Shown one piece after another: positions 9,107-19,500 of a DNA stretch of 64,000 bases. Each line of letters starts with the position of its first letter. Position 1 is the first letter of the stretch. Origin of the DNA: Candidatus Dojkabacteria bacterium (GTDB lineage Bacteria; Patescibacteriota; Dojkabacteria; SC72; JAFGCJ01); assembly GCA_016932785.1 (NCBI GenBank), contig JAFGCJ010000003.1:40971-104970 (forward strand), in the 5' to 3' direction. The position numbers and the translations under genes were made by a program. Under the pieces are notes generated by a model. That model made no database searches, had not been told where the DNA came from, and saw nothing but the letters and a program-made list of their open reading frames with translations.

Positions 9107-9736
9107 TTACTCTTTTTCACCAACCACATCTACTCCATACTCCTCCACATAGATCTCAACGATTTTTCGGCCTGAGAAATCTTCACTACTGACTAAATCA
9201 ACCGCATCTGCCAAGCCCCGGGAAATCTCGCCGTTCAGCCACCCAAAACTTATATTTGCAAGTGAAAATGGACCCAGAAGAACATCGTAAACAGCAAAAT
9301 CCAGATCACCATCAGCCCTCTGCCACATCCTAACCTGAACCCACAACCCTAAACTGTTCTTAGTGTAAAAATCAAAAGCCCTCTCATGACAAATAAGATA
9401 CATCTCCCCCTCAACCCCTGCCCCTTGCTCAACCGCCTCACGAACGAGAGTCTCAAATTCTACGCAACTCAAATTCACAACTTCCCTCTGAACCTCGCTC
9501 TCGCTAAACTCCCTAAGCCTTTTATCAAGATCCTCTCTATCTACGTCTTCACCGCTTCCCTCTCTAAGGTAATCCAGGAATTCAGAATTTTCACTTTCCC
9601 AATTTCTATAAGAAATAACGACCACCAAAATAACGACACACACCGCCACCAAGCCAAGGAAAATGACCAAGACAAAGCATGAAAAACAACCTGACCTCCT
9701 TTTCTTTTCCTTGGAAATTACAGAAATCTGCTCCAT
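9107..9736 (-). CDS. hypothetical N-terminally anchored membrane protein
   Basis: 209 aa with one TM helix (CFSCFVLVIFLGLVAVCVVILVVVI) and an acidic ectodomain. No recognised motif. Confidence 0.6.
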   Translation of the reverse strand: MEQISVISKEKKRRSGCFSCFVLVIFLGLVAVCVVILVVVISYRNWESENSEFLDYLREGSGEDVDREDLDKRLREFSESEVQREVVNLSCVEFETLVREAVEQGAGVEGEMYLICHERAFDFYTKNSLGLWVQVRMWQRADGDLDFAVYDVLLGPFSLANISFGWLNGEISRGLADAVDLVSSEDFSGRKIVEIYVEEYGVDVVGEKE

Positions 9737-9765
9737 CTCAAGTAACTTAAACTAAAGAGCAGTTA

Positions 9766-11658
9766 CTAATCATTCTTAACAATAGAACCATTAAGCGAGA
9801 GGTTGCGAATCCTGAAAATACCCTTCTTCGCAAGCTCAACAAAAAAGTTAACTTCCCCAATATCTATTGCAAAGCAGGTAGCAAAGTACACCACAACGCC
9901 TACCCCCCCTACCCCCACAAACAATCCAACAATTGAAATAACAGTACTCGTGTCTATATTAAAGTTCCAAAGCTTAAACAGGAAATACATAACTGAAAAC
10001 ATAATACCCGACGCAAGTATTTTCTTAATAAGCGGCTGCCAGAAATCCTTCCAGCTAAGAATCTTAAGACGCCTGTTTAGGATGAAAAGCAGGATAATAA
10101 CCTCAATCATCAACGCGATTCCAGTACTTAGCGCTAGACCTCCAACTGCGGCAATAGAGGAATTCCTGGTAGTCAACCACCTTGCCAAATCCTGCCAAAA
10201 CTCTGACATAAAACCCTCTGGACGATTAAATACGGCATCGATAAAATCTCTCCAGTCATAATAGTGACTAAAGAAGTTTGTGAGATAAATCGATCCTACA
10301 ATATTAATAATTACTCCAATAAAAGAAACCACAACGGGCACTACCGTATCATGCATTGCAAAATATGCCCTAACAACAAGGGAAATAATCGACTGACCAA
10401 CAATAGAAACGCAAAAAAGTGCGAGAACCCAAGAGGTAATTACAGTATCCTCCCAGTCAAATTCACCAGCCCCAAGAACAAGACGAACAATTGGAAGACG
10501 TAGGACTAGTATGAAGACAACAGACGGCAAGATTAGAAATAAGATTTGCTGAAGTGATTTTAAGAATATTCTATTAAAAATCTTAAGCTTTTCATCCGAC
10601 CCTTCCCCAGATCTTCCAGAATCCTTACTACGTCCTTGATACTCTAGAGATAGAGTTGGTAAAGCCGCTTGGGAAATAGTCGCTGCCAACAACTGGACAG
10701 GTAATAAATGAAGACTGCTTCCAAATTTGTACGCACTTAAAGACCCTTCTATCAGTCCCATACTTATAACAGTATTAACAAGAACATTTATCTGTTCTCC
10801 AATCAGGCCAAACACCCTGGGAACAGCAAGCCGTACAACCTTCGCTACACCTTTCCCCCAAAACCCTGCAAGAGGATGTATCCTTAAACCCATTCGCAAA
10901 GCCATTGGCAGCTGAACAAGCAGGTGAAGAACCGAACCCAGCACAACACCCCACGCCAAACCAACAACTCCCATATTCATAACCTCTGAGAAAACCACAC
11001 CCCCTACTATAATTCCCAAATTATAGAAAAGAGGAGCAATAGCAGGAATAATAAACCTCTTGTTCACCTGTATTCCCGCAGTCAACACTCCACTTATAGA
11101 AAGTATTACTGGAGAAATAACCATTATTCTCATGAGCTGAGCCATCTGGTTAATATTCCCCTGCGTGAAATCCTTAGGATCAAAACCAAAATTGCCCAGA
11201 TCGTTTGATACCATAAATTTACAAATCTTCGGGGCAAGAATAAAAACAGCGGCACCAAGAACAACGAAGATAACAGCAAATACGTTCACAATCCTGCTGA
11301 ACAGAAGCTGCATCCGCTCCTCTCCCTTACTTCCCTTTCCCCCCAACATCTCCGCAAAGGAAGGAATCAACGCTGCATTTATACTCCCTCCGACAACGAC
11401 CGCAAATATCAGATCCGGAATAGTGAAAGCCGCCCAAAAGATATCAAGCTCTCTGGAGGCACCAAATAACCGTGCAAAGAGGTGGATTTTTACAAAACCG
11501 GCAACCTTGGTAATAGCCAATAGTACCATCATCGCAAATGCCGCAGAGATAATACTCTCCTGCCTGCCGGTAATCAGCGCCTTGCCCTTTGATATATTCT
11601 TCTTTATCAGGCTTTTAAGCATTAAGTCTGGAAGGCTAAACTGGAAGATGTCTGTCAA
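9766..11658 (-). CDS. murJ: lipid II flippase MurJ/MviN family
   Basis: 630-aa polytopic membrane protein. KVAGFVKIHLFARLFGASRELDIFWAAFTIPDLIF matches the MurJ N-terminal signature region. Confidence 0.8.
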   Translation of the reverse strand: MTDIFQFSLPDLMLKSLIKKNISKGKALITGRQESIISAAFAMMVLLAITKVAGFVKIHLFARLFGASRELDIFWAAFTIPDLIFAVVVGGSINAALIPSFAEMLGGKGSKGEERMQLLFSRIVNVFAVIFVVLGAAVFILAPKICKFMVSNDLGNFGFDPKDFTQGNINQMAQLMRIMVISPVILSISGVLTAGIQVNKRFIIPAIAPLFYNLGIIVGGVVFSEVMNMGVVGLAWGVVLGSVLHLLVQLPMALRMGLRIHPLAGFWGKGVAKVVRLAVPRVFGLIGEQINVLVNTVISMGLIEGSLSAYKFGSSLHLLPVQLLAATISQAALPTLSLEYQGRSKDSGRSGEGSDEKLKIFNRIFLKSLQQILFLILPSVVFILVLRLPIVRLVLGAGEFDWEDTVITSWVLALFCVSIVGQSIISLVVRAYFAMHDTVVPVVVSFIGVIINIVGSIYLTNFFSHYYDWRDFIDAVFNRPEGFMSEFWQDLARWLTTRNSSIAAVGGLALSTGIALMIEVIILLFILNRRLKILSWKDFWQPLIKKILASGIMFSVMYFLFKLWNFNIDTSTVISIVGLFVGVGGVGVVVYFATCFAIDIGEVNFFVELAKKGIFRIRNLSLNGSIVKND

Positions 11659-11710
11659 TAGTACCAGATTTTAACAACTTTTTCATCACCTTCAGCGATA
11701 ATTAAAAGTA

Positions 11711-12421
11711 ATGAGATTAATGCCCCCAAAACTCAATTCATTACTGTTCCCGCCTAAGTGCATCATGTGCCATACTCCAGGTACATGGCTCTGCAGATCA
11801 TGCCAGTCTAGATACCTCACAGAGAACCTTCCTGAATGTGCAGTCTGTAGAAAAGTTTCGACAGGTTTTGTAACACATCCGCAATGTAAGACAGACTTTC
11901 CCACAGACCAGGTTGTAATTCTATGGCGTTACAACAGGCTTGGAAGAGCTTTTATGAATAAACTAAAGCTCGGATTAAGATACAGAATAGTCGATCACTT
12001 CATTGGCATTGCCCAGAGTAAAATCCACGTTCTCATACCGCCAACCTCCATCTTGATTCCGGTACCCGCACACCCGCTGAGATTAAAAGAGAGAGGCTTT
12101 AATCAAAGCGAAATAATTGCCAATTCAATAGCACAAATTACCGGATGTACTACCCTCAACGCACTTTCAAGAAGTCACCTGGGAACACATCAGACAGGGA
12201 CATCGAGAAGAGAACGTCTACTCCAGAAGAGCAATGAATTCCTGATAAAGAAGGAGTTGCATTCAAGATTGAAAAACGAGAAGATCGTAATTGTAGACGA
12301 TGTTTGTACAACAGGAGCTACTCTACACAACTGCGCCTTAGCTCTCGTACCAGTCCAACCCAAATCTATCTCAGCTATTGCACTATTTAGAGGGAAAAAA
12401 ACAAAATCAAACCACGGCTAA
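11711..12421 (+). CDS. comFC: ComF-family phosphoribosyltransferase-like protein
   Basis: 236 aa. N-terminal double CxxC zinc finger (CIMC...CRSC; CAVC...HPQC) and a C-terminal PRTase loop KIVIVDDVCTTGATL. Confidence 0.75.
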   Translation: MRLMPPKLNSLLFPPKCIMCHTPGTWLCRSCQSRYLTENLPECAVCRKVSTGFVTHPQCKTDFPTDQVVILWRYNRLGRAFMNKLKLGLRYRIVDHFIGIAQSKIHVLIPPTSILIPVPAHPLRLKERGFNQSEIIANSIAQITGCTTLNALSRSHLGTHQTGTSRRERLLQKSNEFLIKKELHSRLKNEKIVIVDDVCTTGATLHNCALALVPVQPKSISAIALFRGKKTKSNHG

Positions 12422-12425
12422 ACCC

Positions 12426-12659
12426 TTAACCACACAGCGAACAAGAAGAACATGAACCTGTACACGAGTAACCTGAAGAGCCATCAGACGATTCTCCATC
12501 ACCGCCTCCAGCTGAAGACTTTATATTAGGCGACTCAAAAATCCTATCCATTTTGGAACCGCATTCCTCACATTTTGCAGAGAAATTCTCATACTCACCA
12601 ATAGACATTTCAAATTCCGACTCCAAACCACATTTTGTACACCTGAATTTGTATTTCAT
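12426..12659 (-). CDS. FmdB-family zinc-ribbon protein
   Basis: 77 aa. MKYKFRCTKCGLESEF...AKCEECGSK (CxxC...CxxC), with a Gly/Ser/Cys-rich tail. Confidence 0.7.
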   Translation of the reverse strand: MKYKFRCTKCGLESEFEMSIGEYENFSAKCEECGSKMDRIFESPNIKSSAGGGDGESSDGSSGYSCTGSCSSCSLCG

Positions 12660-12764
12660 GAAAAGAATTATATCACAGTCACTCCGGTCCCAGATCTATG
12701 CCGCATGTAAAAACTCAACATCTCTGAACGACAAGACCAGAAGCATCTGCGGTGGCAGTCAGTC

Positions 12765-12855
<91 letters not shown>

Positions 12856-13025
12856 AGTAAAAGCAACTAATTATACCAGAGAAGGCATGACAAAATCCCC
12901 TTTTCAATAGTGAAATAGCCGATTTGCCCAACACTATGATAAAATTCCAGGACATATTCAATATACTCTGAATACTCTGAGATGTAATATTTTATTATTC
13001 CAAACGTAAGTAGTAGAAATTAACC

Positions 13026-13646
13026 ATGGCAACCTCAGACAAGTCGAACAAGGAGATCAACAAGCTAGCTAACAAAGCCAAGACCAATGCTTCTGCATTT
13101 GGGGAAATATACGATCACTTTGCAGAAGATGTATATGCATTTTTCTATCACCGCACAAATAACAATCAGGGACGTGCAGAAGACTTAGTCTCCGTAACCT
13201 TCGAGAAAATCCTCAAAAATATATCCAAATACGACGAAACCAAATCAAATTTCTCTACTTGGATCTACACAATTTCCCAAAATACCCTTACTGACCACTA
13301 CAGAAAACAGAAACACAGAGATGGAATTTCGCTTGACAGTACAGGAGAAAACGACAGCAGCAGTCTGAAAGAAAAGCAAGCCAGTAATAGTTCTCCCTCA
13401 TCAGACGTAATAACAGATAGAAACAGGAAGATTATCAACTTGGCCCTTTCAAAACTACCCCAAAAGGATCAGCTCGTAATAACACTTAAATACATGAGCG
13501 ACCTGACTTATAAGGAAATCGGCCAAAACATCGGATGTTCTTCAAATGCTGTAGGAGTAAGAATAAGCAGAGCACTGAAAAAACTTACCACCCAGCTTAA
13601 AAAACAAGGCTTAGATACAAAACTCGATTTAGAAAAGCAGACATGA
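13026..13646 (+). CDS. ECF-type RNA polymerase sigma-70 factor
   Basis: 206 aa. Region 2 is AEDLVSVTFEKILKNISKYDETKSNFSTWIYTISQNTLTDHYRK. Region 4 HTH is LTYKEIGQNIGCSSNAVGVRISRALKKL. Confidence 0.85.
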   Translation: MATSDKSNKEINKLANKAKTNASAFGEIYDHFAEDVYAFFYHRTNNNQGRAEDLVSVTFEKILKNISKYDETKSNFSTWIYTISQNTLTDHYRKQKHRDGISLDSTGENDSSSLKEKQASNSSPSSDVITDRNRKIINLALSKLPQKDQLVITLKYMSDLTYKEIGQNIGCSSNAVGVRISRALKKLTTQLKKQGLDTKLDLEKQT

Positions 13647-15412
13647 CAGAAAACAAACCACACAAAGATTTAAATAACCTAGAAGAGATTCTAAAGAAAT
13701 CATTCTCTCACAAATCTAAAATGAGAGAGAATTTTGCACAAGATCTTCGTGCAAAGCTTATATCCAAATATCAATCTAATTTATTAAATAATCATAATAT
13801 GGCAGAAAGCGAAAAGACTGGAAAGAAAGGACTACTGTCCAGACTTCCATTTAAGCATCTTAATATCGCAATTGCCGGTGCCGGATTTTTCGCACTGGGT
13901 ATAATTGCTGTCCTGGGATATATGTACATCCAGGGTACTGACTCTTTACCTTTCCAAAAGAGGTTCGGAACACTTCATGTAGTCAAGGGAAGTGCAACCG
14001 TTCTCCGAGACGGGGAGGAAATCAATATCGGAAAAGACGAAGAATTCCCTCTTGCCAAAGGTGACACGGTAGAAACAGACGAGGACACTATAGCAGACGT
14101 CGAAACAGAAGACGGCAGAGTTTCAATGTCTTCAGAGACTGTTGCCAAGTTTGAAAACGATGAAGGAGATGTCTCTGTCGAAAAAGGAGATGTTTACGCA
14201 AGATCTACAGAAGACACTGAAATTAATTTAGAGACACCAGACGGAAAAGTAAAAGTCGATGACGGCGCATCCTTCACAAGTGTAAGAGACGAGGAAGGAA
14301 CAACTGCAAGAAATATTCAAGGTAAGGTCGAAGGTTCTGTCGAGAAAGATGGCGAAGAGGCCTCAAAGGAAATATCCGAGGGTAAACAGATTCGAATCAA
14401 AGACAATGAAATCAGCGATGAAGAAGAAATGGACAGAGAAGACCTGAAAGATCCCCTTTGTGAACACAACACAGATAAGGACGAGGAGGAAGGCTACGAT
14501 CCCGGTACCGCTGAAGATACTACCGCTCCAGAAATAACTGTTGTCGAACCAGAAAACGGATCGTCCACATTCTCAAGCAAGATCACAGTAAAAGCAAAAT
14601 CCAATGAGGACGGCTGGGCAAAGTACAACGGAACATGGAATGCTATCAAGGCCAACGAGGAATTCTCATACGAAGCTGAGTTAAGTAAGGGATCAAACGA
14701 TATTACAGTAACAGCAAAAGATAAGTACTACAACATCGGAACTGCTACTGTAAAGGTAATCCTCGAATCTAAGGGAGCTATTTCTCTCAACGAGGTAACC
14801 GCTAAGTCCAATGGTATCTTCTTAAGGTGGAATGCAAGTGGAATTAACTCCAATTATAAGTACATCGTAAGAAGGAGCCTCAGCACAAAGAATACCTCTT
14901 CGGATCCAACTGTACTGACAATGAAGGCAACTAAAGATGACGTGTCATGGACCGATACTTCAACAGTTTACGGAAAAACATACTATTACCATGTAATTCT
15001 CCTAGGGGAAGATGGTAAAGAGGTTGACAGAACCTATACAAAGGGTGCAAAAGCTATCAATGTAGCAACCCCACCATCCACCGGATGCTCAATCAGTCTT
15101 GCTTTACTAAGCAAATGGTCAAGCCTTTCGGGATTAATAGGATCTGAGGATAAACATCTCAACCCAAGCTCAGGAGGCTATGCAAAGGTTAGCTGGAGCG
15201 TAAGTGGAGATTGCGGCGAATACTCAGGATTCAAGGTTGTATGGAGCCAAAGTCCAAATCCGACATATCCTGGAGACAGCGCAGCATATGTGGACAAGAA
15301 CACTTCAGTTCACACAATATCCGGACTAACTTCAGGTACCTGGTACATAAGGGTTGGAACATATAATGGAGGTGTCACACACTACAGTAATCAAGTAACA
15401 GTGACCTTCTAA
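13643..15412 (+). CDS. single-pass membrane protein, putative anti-sigma factor (FecR-like plus Ig/FN3-like ectodomains)
   Basis: 589 aa. ATGA start/stop overlap with the sigma gene. About 75 cytoplasmic residues precede a TM helix (IAIAGAGFFALGIIAVLGYMYI). A FecR-like segment follows (LHVVKGSATVLRDGEEI...GDTVETDEDTIADVE), then beta-rich repeats (ITVTAKDKYYN...; TWYIRVGTYNGG). Confidence 0.6.
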   Translation: MTENKPHKDLNNLEEILKKSFSHKSKMRENFAQDLRAKLISKYQSNLLNNHNMAESEKTGKKGLLSRLPFKHLNIAIAGAGFFALGIIAVLGYMYIQGTDSLPFQKRFGTLHVVKGSATVLRDGEEINIGKDEEFPLAKGDTVETDEDTIADVETEDGRVSMSSETVAKFENDEGDVSVEKGDVYARSTEDTEINLETPDGKVKVDDGASFTSVRDEEGTTARNIQGKVEGSVEKDGEEASKEISEGKQIRIKDNEISDEEEMDREDLKDPLCEHNTDKDEEEGYDPGTAEDTTAPEITVVEPENGSSTFSSKITVKAKSNEDGWAKYNGTWNAIKANEEFSYEAELSKGSNDITVTAKDKYYNIGTATVKVILESKGAISLNEVTAKSNGIFLRWNASGINSNYKYIVRRSLSTKNTSSDPTVLTMKATKDDVSWTDTSTVYGKTYYYHVILLGEDGKEVDRTYTKGAKAINVATPPSTGCSISLALLSKWSSLSGLIGSEDKHLNPSSGGYAKVSWSVSGDCGEYSGFKVVWSQSPNPTYPGDSAAYVDKNTSVHTISGLTSGTWYIRVGTYNGGVTHYSNQVTVTF

Positions 15413-15436
15413 CAACTTTAGAAGACGTCTTGAACC

Positions 15437-15469
15437 GAGCGGGGTTCCCGGCCATGGGGGGCCCCGCTC
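15437..15469 (+). terminator. GC-rich hairpin after the anti-sigma-like gene
   Basis: GAGCGGGG-ttcccggccatgggggg-CCCCGCTC, an 8-bp stem. The downstream T-tract is weak (ctagtttgg). Confidence 0.4.
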
Positions 15470-15543
15470 CTAGTTTGGTAATGTAAAACCCTACCCTGCC
15501 AATTGGAAATAGGCCTCAGTCACCTACATGCTATAATCTCAAC

Positions 15544-16422
15544 ATGATAAGGTTCGGAACCGGAGGTACCCCGCTCTCCACAAAAATCATCACCACAAAA
15601 GACGGTGCAAAACTATCCGGAAGAGAATCCGGTATTTATAGATCAGCGGAACTCGGCCTCAACCACCTAGAAATGGAATTCGTTCACGGAGTCAGGATAT
15701 CTGAGAAAGAGGCCCTCTCAATTAAAAGCACTGCTAAAGAAAAAAACATCACACTGTCTGCTCACGGCTCGTACTACATTAATCTTGCCTCAAAGGAAAA
15801 ACCAAAATACCACGCAAGTCTTAACCGCGTAAAAAAAGTACTCTGGGCCGGAAGTCTGATTGGTGCTAAATCTATAACATTTCATCCAGCTTTTTATCAG
15901 GGAAGAAGAACCGATGAGGTCGCAAAAATAGTATACGACGCGCTGATACAAATCATAGAAGAGACCAAGGACCTAAATAACAGGCCGCTCATCTCTCCTG
16001 AAACTACAGGAAAGCCTTCGCAATGGGGTTCCTTGGAGGAAATCCTTGACGTCGCGGCAAAGATAAACAAAAAAACAGGTGACTTTTGCGTCTCAGCTTG
16101 CATAGATTTCGCTCATCTACACGCCCGTTCTAACGGTCTCTACAATTCATACGAAGAGTTTAAAGCTATACTAAAGACGATAGAGTCAAAGCTCGGGAAA
16201 AAAGCCCTTAAAACACTTCACATGCATATCTCTGGAATTAACTACGGACCCAAGGGCGAAAAGAACCACCTTCCCCTTAAGGAGTCCGACCTCAAATACA
16301 AAGAGCTCTTACAGGCTCTGCACGACCTGAAAGTCTGTGGTTGGGTCTCATGCGAGAGCCCGAATCTTGAGGAGGATGCTTTACTTTTGAAGAAAGAGTA
16401 CGAGAAGACATCCAAGACATAA
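15544..16422 (+). CDS. endonuclease IV-like / xylose-isomerase-like TIM-barrel protein
   Basis: 292 aa. SAHGSYYINLAS, ITFHPAFY, IDFAHLHAR, LHMHISG...GEKNHLPL and WVSCESP line up by eye with the Nfo metal-ligand motifs. Confidence 0.65.
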   Translation: MIRFGTGGTPLSTKIITTKDGAKLSGRESGIYRSAELGLNHLEMEFVHGVRISEKEALSIKSTAKEKNITLSAHGSYYINLASKEKPKYHASLNRVKKVLWAGSLIGAKSITFHPAFYQGRRTDEVAKIVYDALIQIIEETKDLNNRPLISPETTGKPSQWGSLEEILDVAAKINKKTGDFCVSACIDFAHLHARSNGLYNSYEEFKAILKTIESKLGKKALKTLHMHISGINYGPKGEKNHLPLKESDLKYKELLQALHDLKVCGWVSCESPNLEEDALLLKKEYEKTSKT

Positions 16423-16598
16423 GCGCTACATCTCCTCCCATCCTACAATCTCTCCTCGGTACACCTCACGAAAGTATGAAAAGCCTGCCTTTAATGACAT
16501 ATTTGTATACCCAGGCCCGTATATGTTTTCTCTTTCTACTCTGGCTTAATAAAGAGACTGTCGAGATTTTATTCTCCCGAGCAAAGAGTCAAAAATAG

Positions 16599-19500
16599 CT
16601 AATCCGTTACCTCAATTGCTCCACTCCATGTCATCCCTCCAATATCCTCAAACCCCAGAAGGTACCCCTGCGAACCTGCGCCAGAGAAAGAACCACTAAA
16701 CGTAGCCACTGCGGGAAATTCAAACGAATAGATCTTCCCGTCACTAACCTTATATTCCTCAAATGTGACATGATCCTGGGCAACATCACCATATCTATTT
16801 GTATAATCATCTGAGCCCCATCTCCACCATTTTTGCAGAAAGTCATAATCGAACCGACCGAATTCATACTGTACAGGCTCAAAACCGGCCGGAATGAAGT
16901 CGTGGACCACCAGATTATAGCCATCTCTGTCGACCTTTACCTCCGTACGTATCATAACGACTTGTCCCTTACTTATCTTAGAAACTGAGGCTCCAGTATA
17001 AAAATCCCTGATATATCGCTTAACTTCGAACTCATTGTCTTCATCGATATCGGTAGTATAGTACCGGACAGTCGCTACGGAATATAAATCACCATTCCCA
17101 CTCCTCTCTATTTCGATCCTGTTCTTCCCTTCTTTCAGAAATCTAGAATCCACCGACACATCGTACTTACCAATGGAATTCTCATCTCCACCAACATCAA
17201 ATGTTTTAACATCCTTTCCGTTAACCTTAAGCGAAACCTTATTTACTCCTTTCCTACCCGATAGGTTATCTATATTTGCAATAGTTAGGGAGTAAAATAT
17301 TCCAACGGAATCCACACTATTGCCAGACAGATATACGGGATTATCTATCAGCCAGTTTCTGGCCTTTTCACCAAGTTCTGTCTGATTATATTCATGTAAA
17401 GCAAGATAAACTACAGCTGTTGTGTACTCAACAGATTTCACTACACGAAAGTCGGACTCTTCATCCTCCCAAGTAGCGGCCCTGTCAGATTCGTTCGCAG
17501 AATCAATAAGCAGAGGAATAAGCTCACCTGCATCACCAACTCCACCGAAATTCTGAAATGCAAGCATGAGATGGGCAACACTCAAAGAAGAATCTTCCAA
17601 ACCCTCAGCATTGTTTTTAAACCAAACAGCGAATGGTATTATATCTTCTTCTCCCATACATGAAAGAGCATAGATAGCAAATGCTTTTTCATCAACTGAT
17701 TTTTCATCACCTTCCAATCCCGACTTAAGATATACCGCAAGATTTTCTGTCATAGGCCCAGGATCTAATGCACCTGAATCGATAGCGTTTCCGAGCGCCA
17801 CACCAACATACGCACTCGTCTCATAGCTAACAGCATCATAATCAAACCACCCAAATCCACCATTATCGTCCTGATTTGACCTTAGCAAATCCACTGCAGC
17901 TTCAATCCTCCGCTGATAATCACCTCTTTCCTCACTAGGATCAATCTCATCGTAATACTTATAAAGAACGCTATTGTGAATCATGCTGCTGGCTAATTCC
18001 GCAGATGAAGAAATGCTCGAGTCAACAGGCAACAAAGCATATTCATTTACGAAGCTTCGCGCAAACGAAATGGTCAAAAGCGCATCTTCCTCATTAGTTC
18101 CCTCGGGCAACTCAAACTCAAGCTGGGATTCATTTTCATCGCCAGTCATATAATCAGATATCGTTTCTCCCCTCATCAATCCTTCACCTATTACAGGTAT
18201 CTTCCATTCAACAATGTCGTAGGTTTTACTAGAAGACGTCAGCGCAGCCTTAATCCTAACCTCATCCTCCCCCTCGCTCGGATCAATTTTGACGACCTGC
18301 TCAACCCGGCGGCCAGCGGAGAGACTAACATTCTTCTCGACCTTTTCATCTTCACACCCATCGCAATCCACAATCAACTTTGCATCAATAGAAGAAGAAG
18401 AGAAATTTTTCATCTCCAGATTCATATTCCAAACATCAGAGCTTCTCAAAAACTCCGGCACTTTTGCATCCAAAGTCACATCTTTTCTTGCTATAAATTC
18501 AGTTTCAGCGCTTCCAACCAGAGTATCGGTTGTAACCCCTACTACACAGGCTACCCATGTAGTTAGATTATCAGGAAGATGGAGCTTCACCTCTGCCTTC
18601 CCAGAACTATCTGTTTTCACCTTTCCATCCCAGTGAGCAATATCTTCAAAGTCCACCCTCGTGTCATCTCCACCACTTCCTCCGGCACCAAATCCTCCTC
18701 CGGTATAGCTATAGTAATACATTGATGAATAGAGCCCAGCCCACTGATTAACAGCCTCGTAAAAGCTTCCATGGATGTCGTATGGGTTCCCGTAGTTATT
18801 TGTGCTCTCTACCAGGTCCAGTAGTGCTTTATCTATAACATCAACAGACAATTCGGCTTCCACGCCTTTTCCCCGCCCATCGGTTACTTCGAGATCCAGC
18901 ACCACCTCGTCTCCAGGTTCATACACTGACTGATCAGGAGTAATCTTTATCTCAAGCTTCTTATAATCTTTATTTACAGTTACTACCTCACAATCCTCAG
19001 TCAATATATTTGTTAAAAGCTGAGAGCCTGAACCATTATTTTGGATGTACTCGTCCACTCCCCACACGCAAACATTCATAGTTGGAGCCATACTGTCTGT
19101 AATTTCCTCCTGAATTGACACAAGTCCCGTCGAGAAATCAACAATCTTCCAGTCATAAACATCTCCTCTAGAAATCATGAAGATTCCTTTACCTTCCAGA
19201 GTGCTCTGAATGTTAATTTCAGCCTTATCACCAACGTTATATTCATCCTTGTCGAAATAAAGCCTAATCTTCTGATACTCAGAGTCCCAATCATAAAACT
19301 TTCCATCATCTGATTCCTCAAACACATAGAAGACCCCACTGAAAACTCGCGTATATCCGTTTTCATCATAATACTTCAACATCATGTCATACGATCCATA
19401 CCCAAGATCTGTTAGTGCGAAACTAGCATTTCCAGATGAATCGGTAGTAAGCTCATGGTCCTCCATAACTGTCTCTTCTCTTTTCACGATTTCATACATA

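Noticed and set aside
9803-11674. Long plus-strand ORFs (152, 79, 62 and 169 aa) opposite murJ. Similar antisense ORFs lie opposite the helicase, A2M, groEL, tyrA/pheA and LiaF-like genes.
   Set aside because: They are classic shadow ORFs on the antisense strand of confidently identified genes. They have Pro/Ser/Thr/Ile-biased composition and no independent signals.
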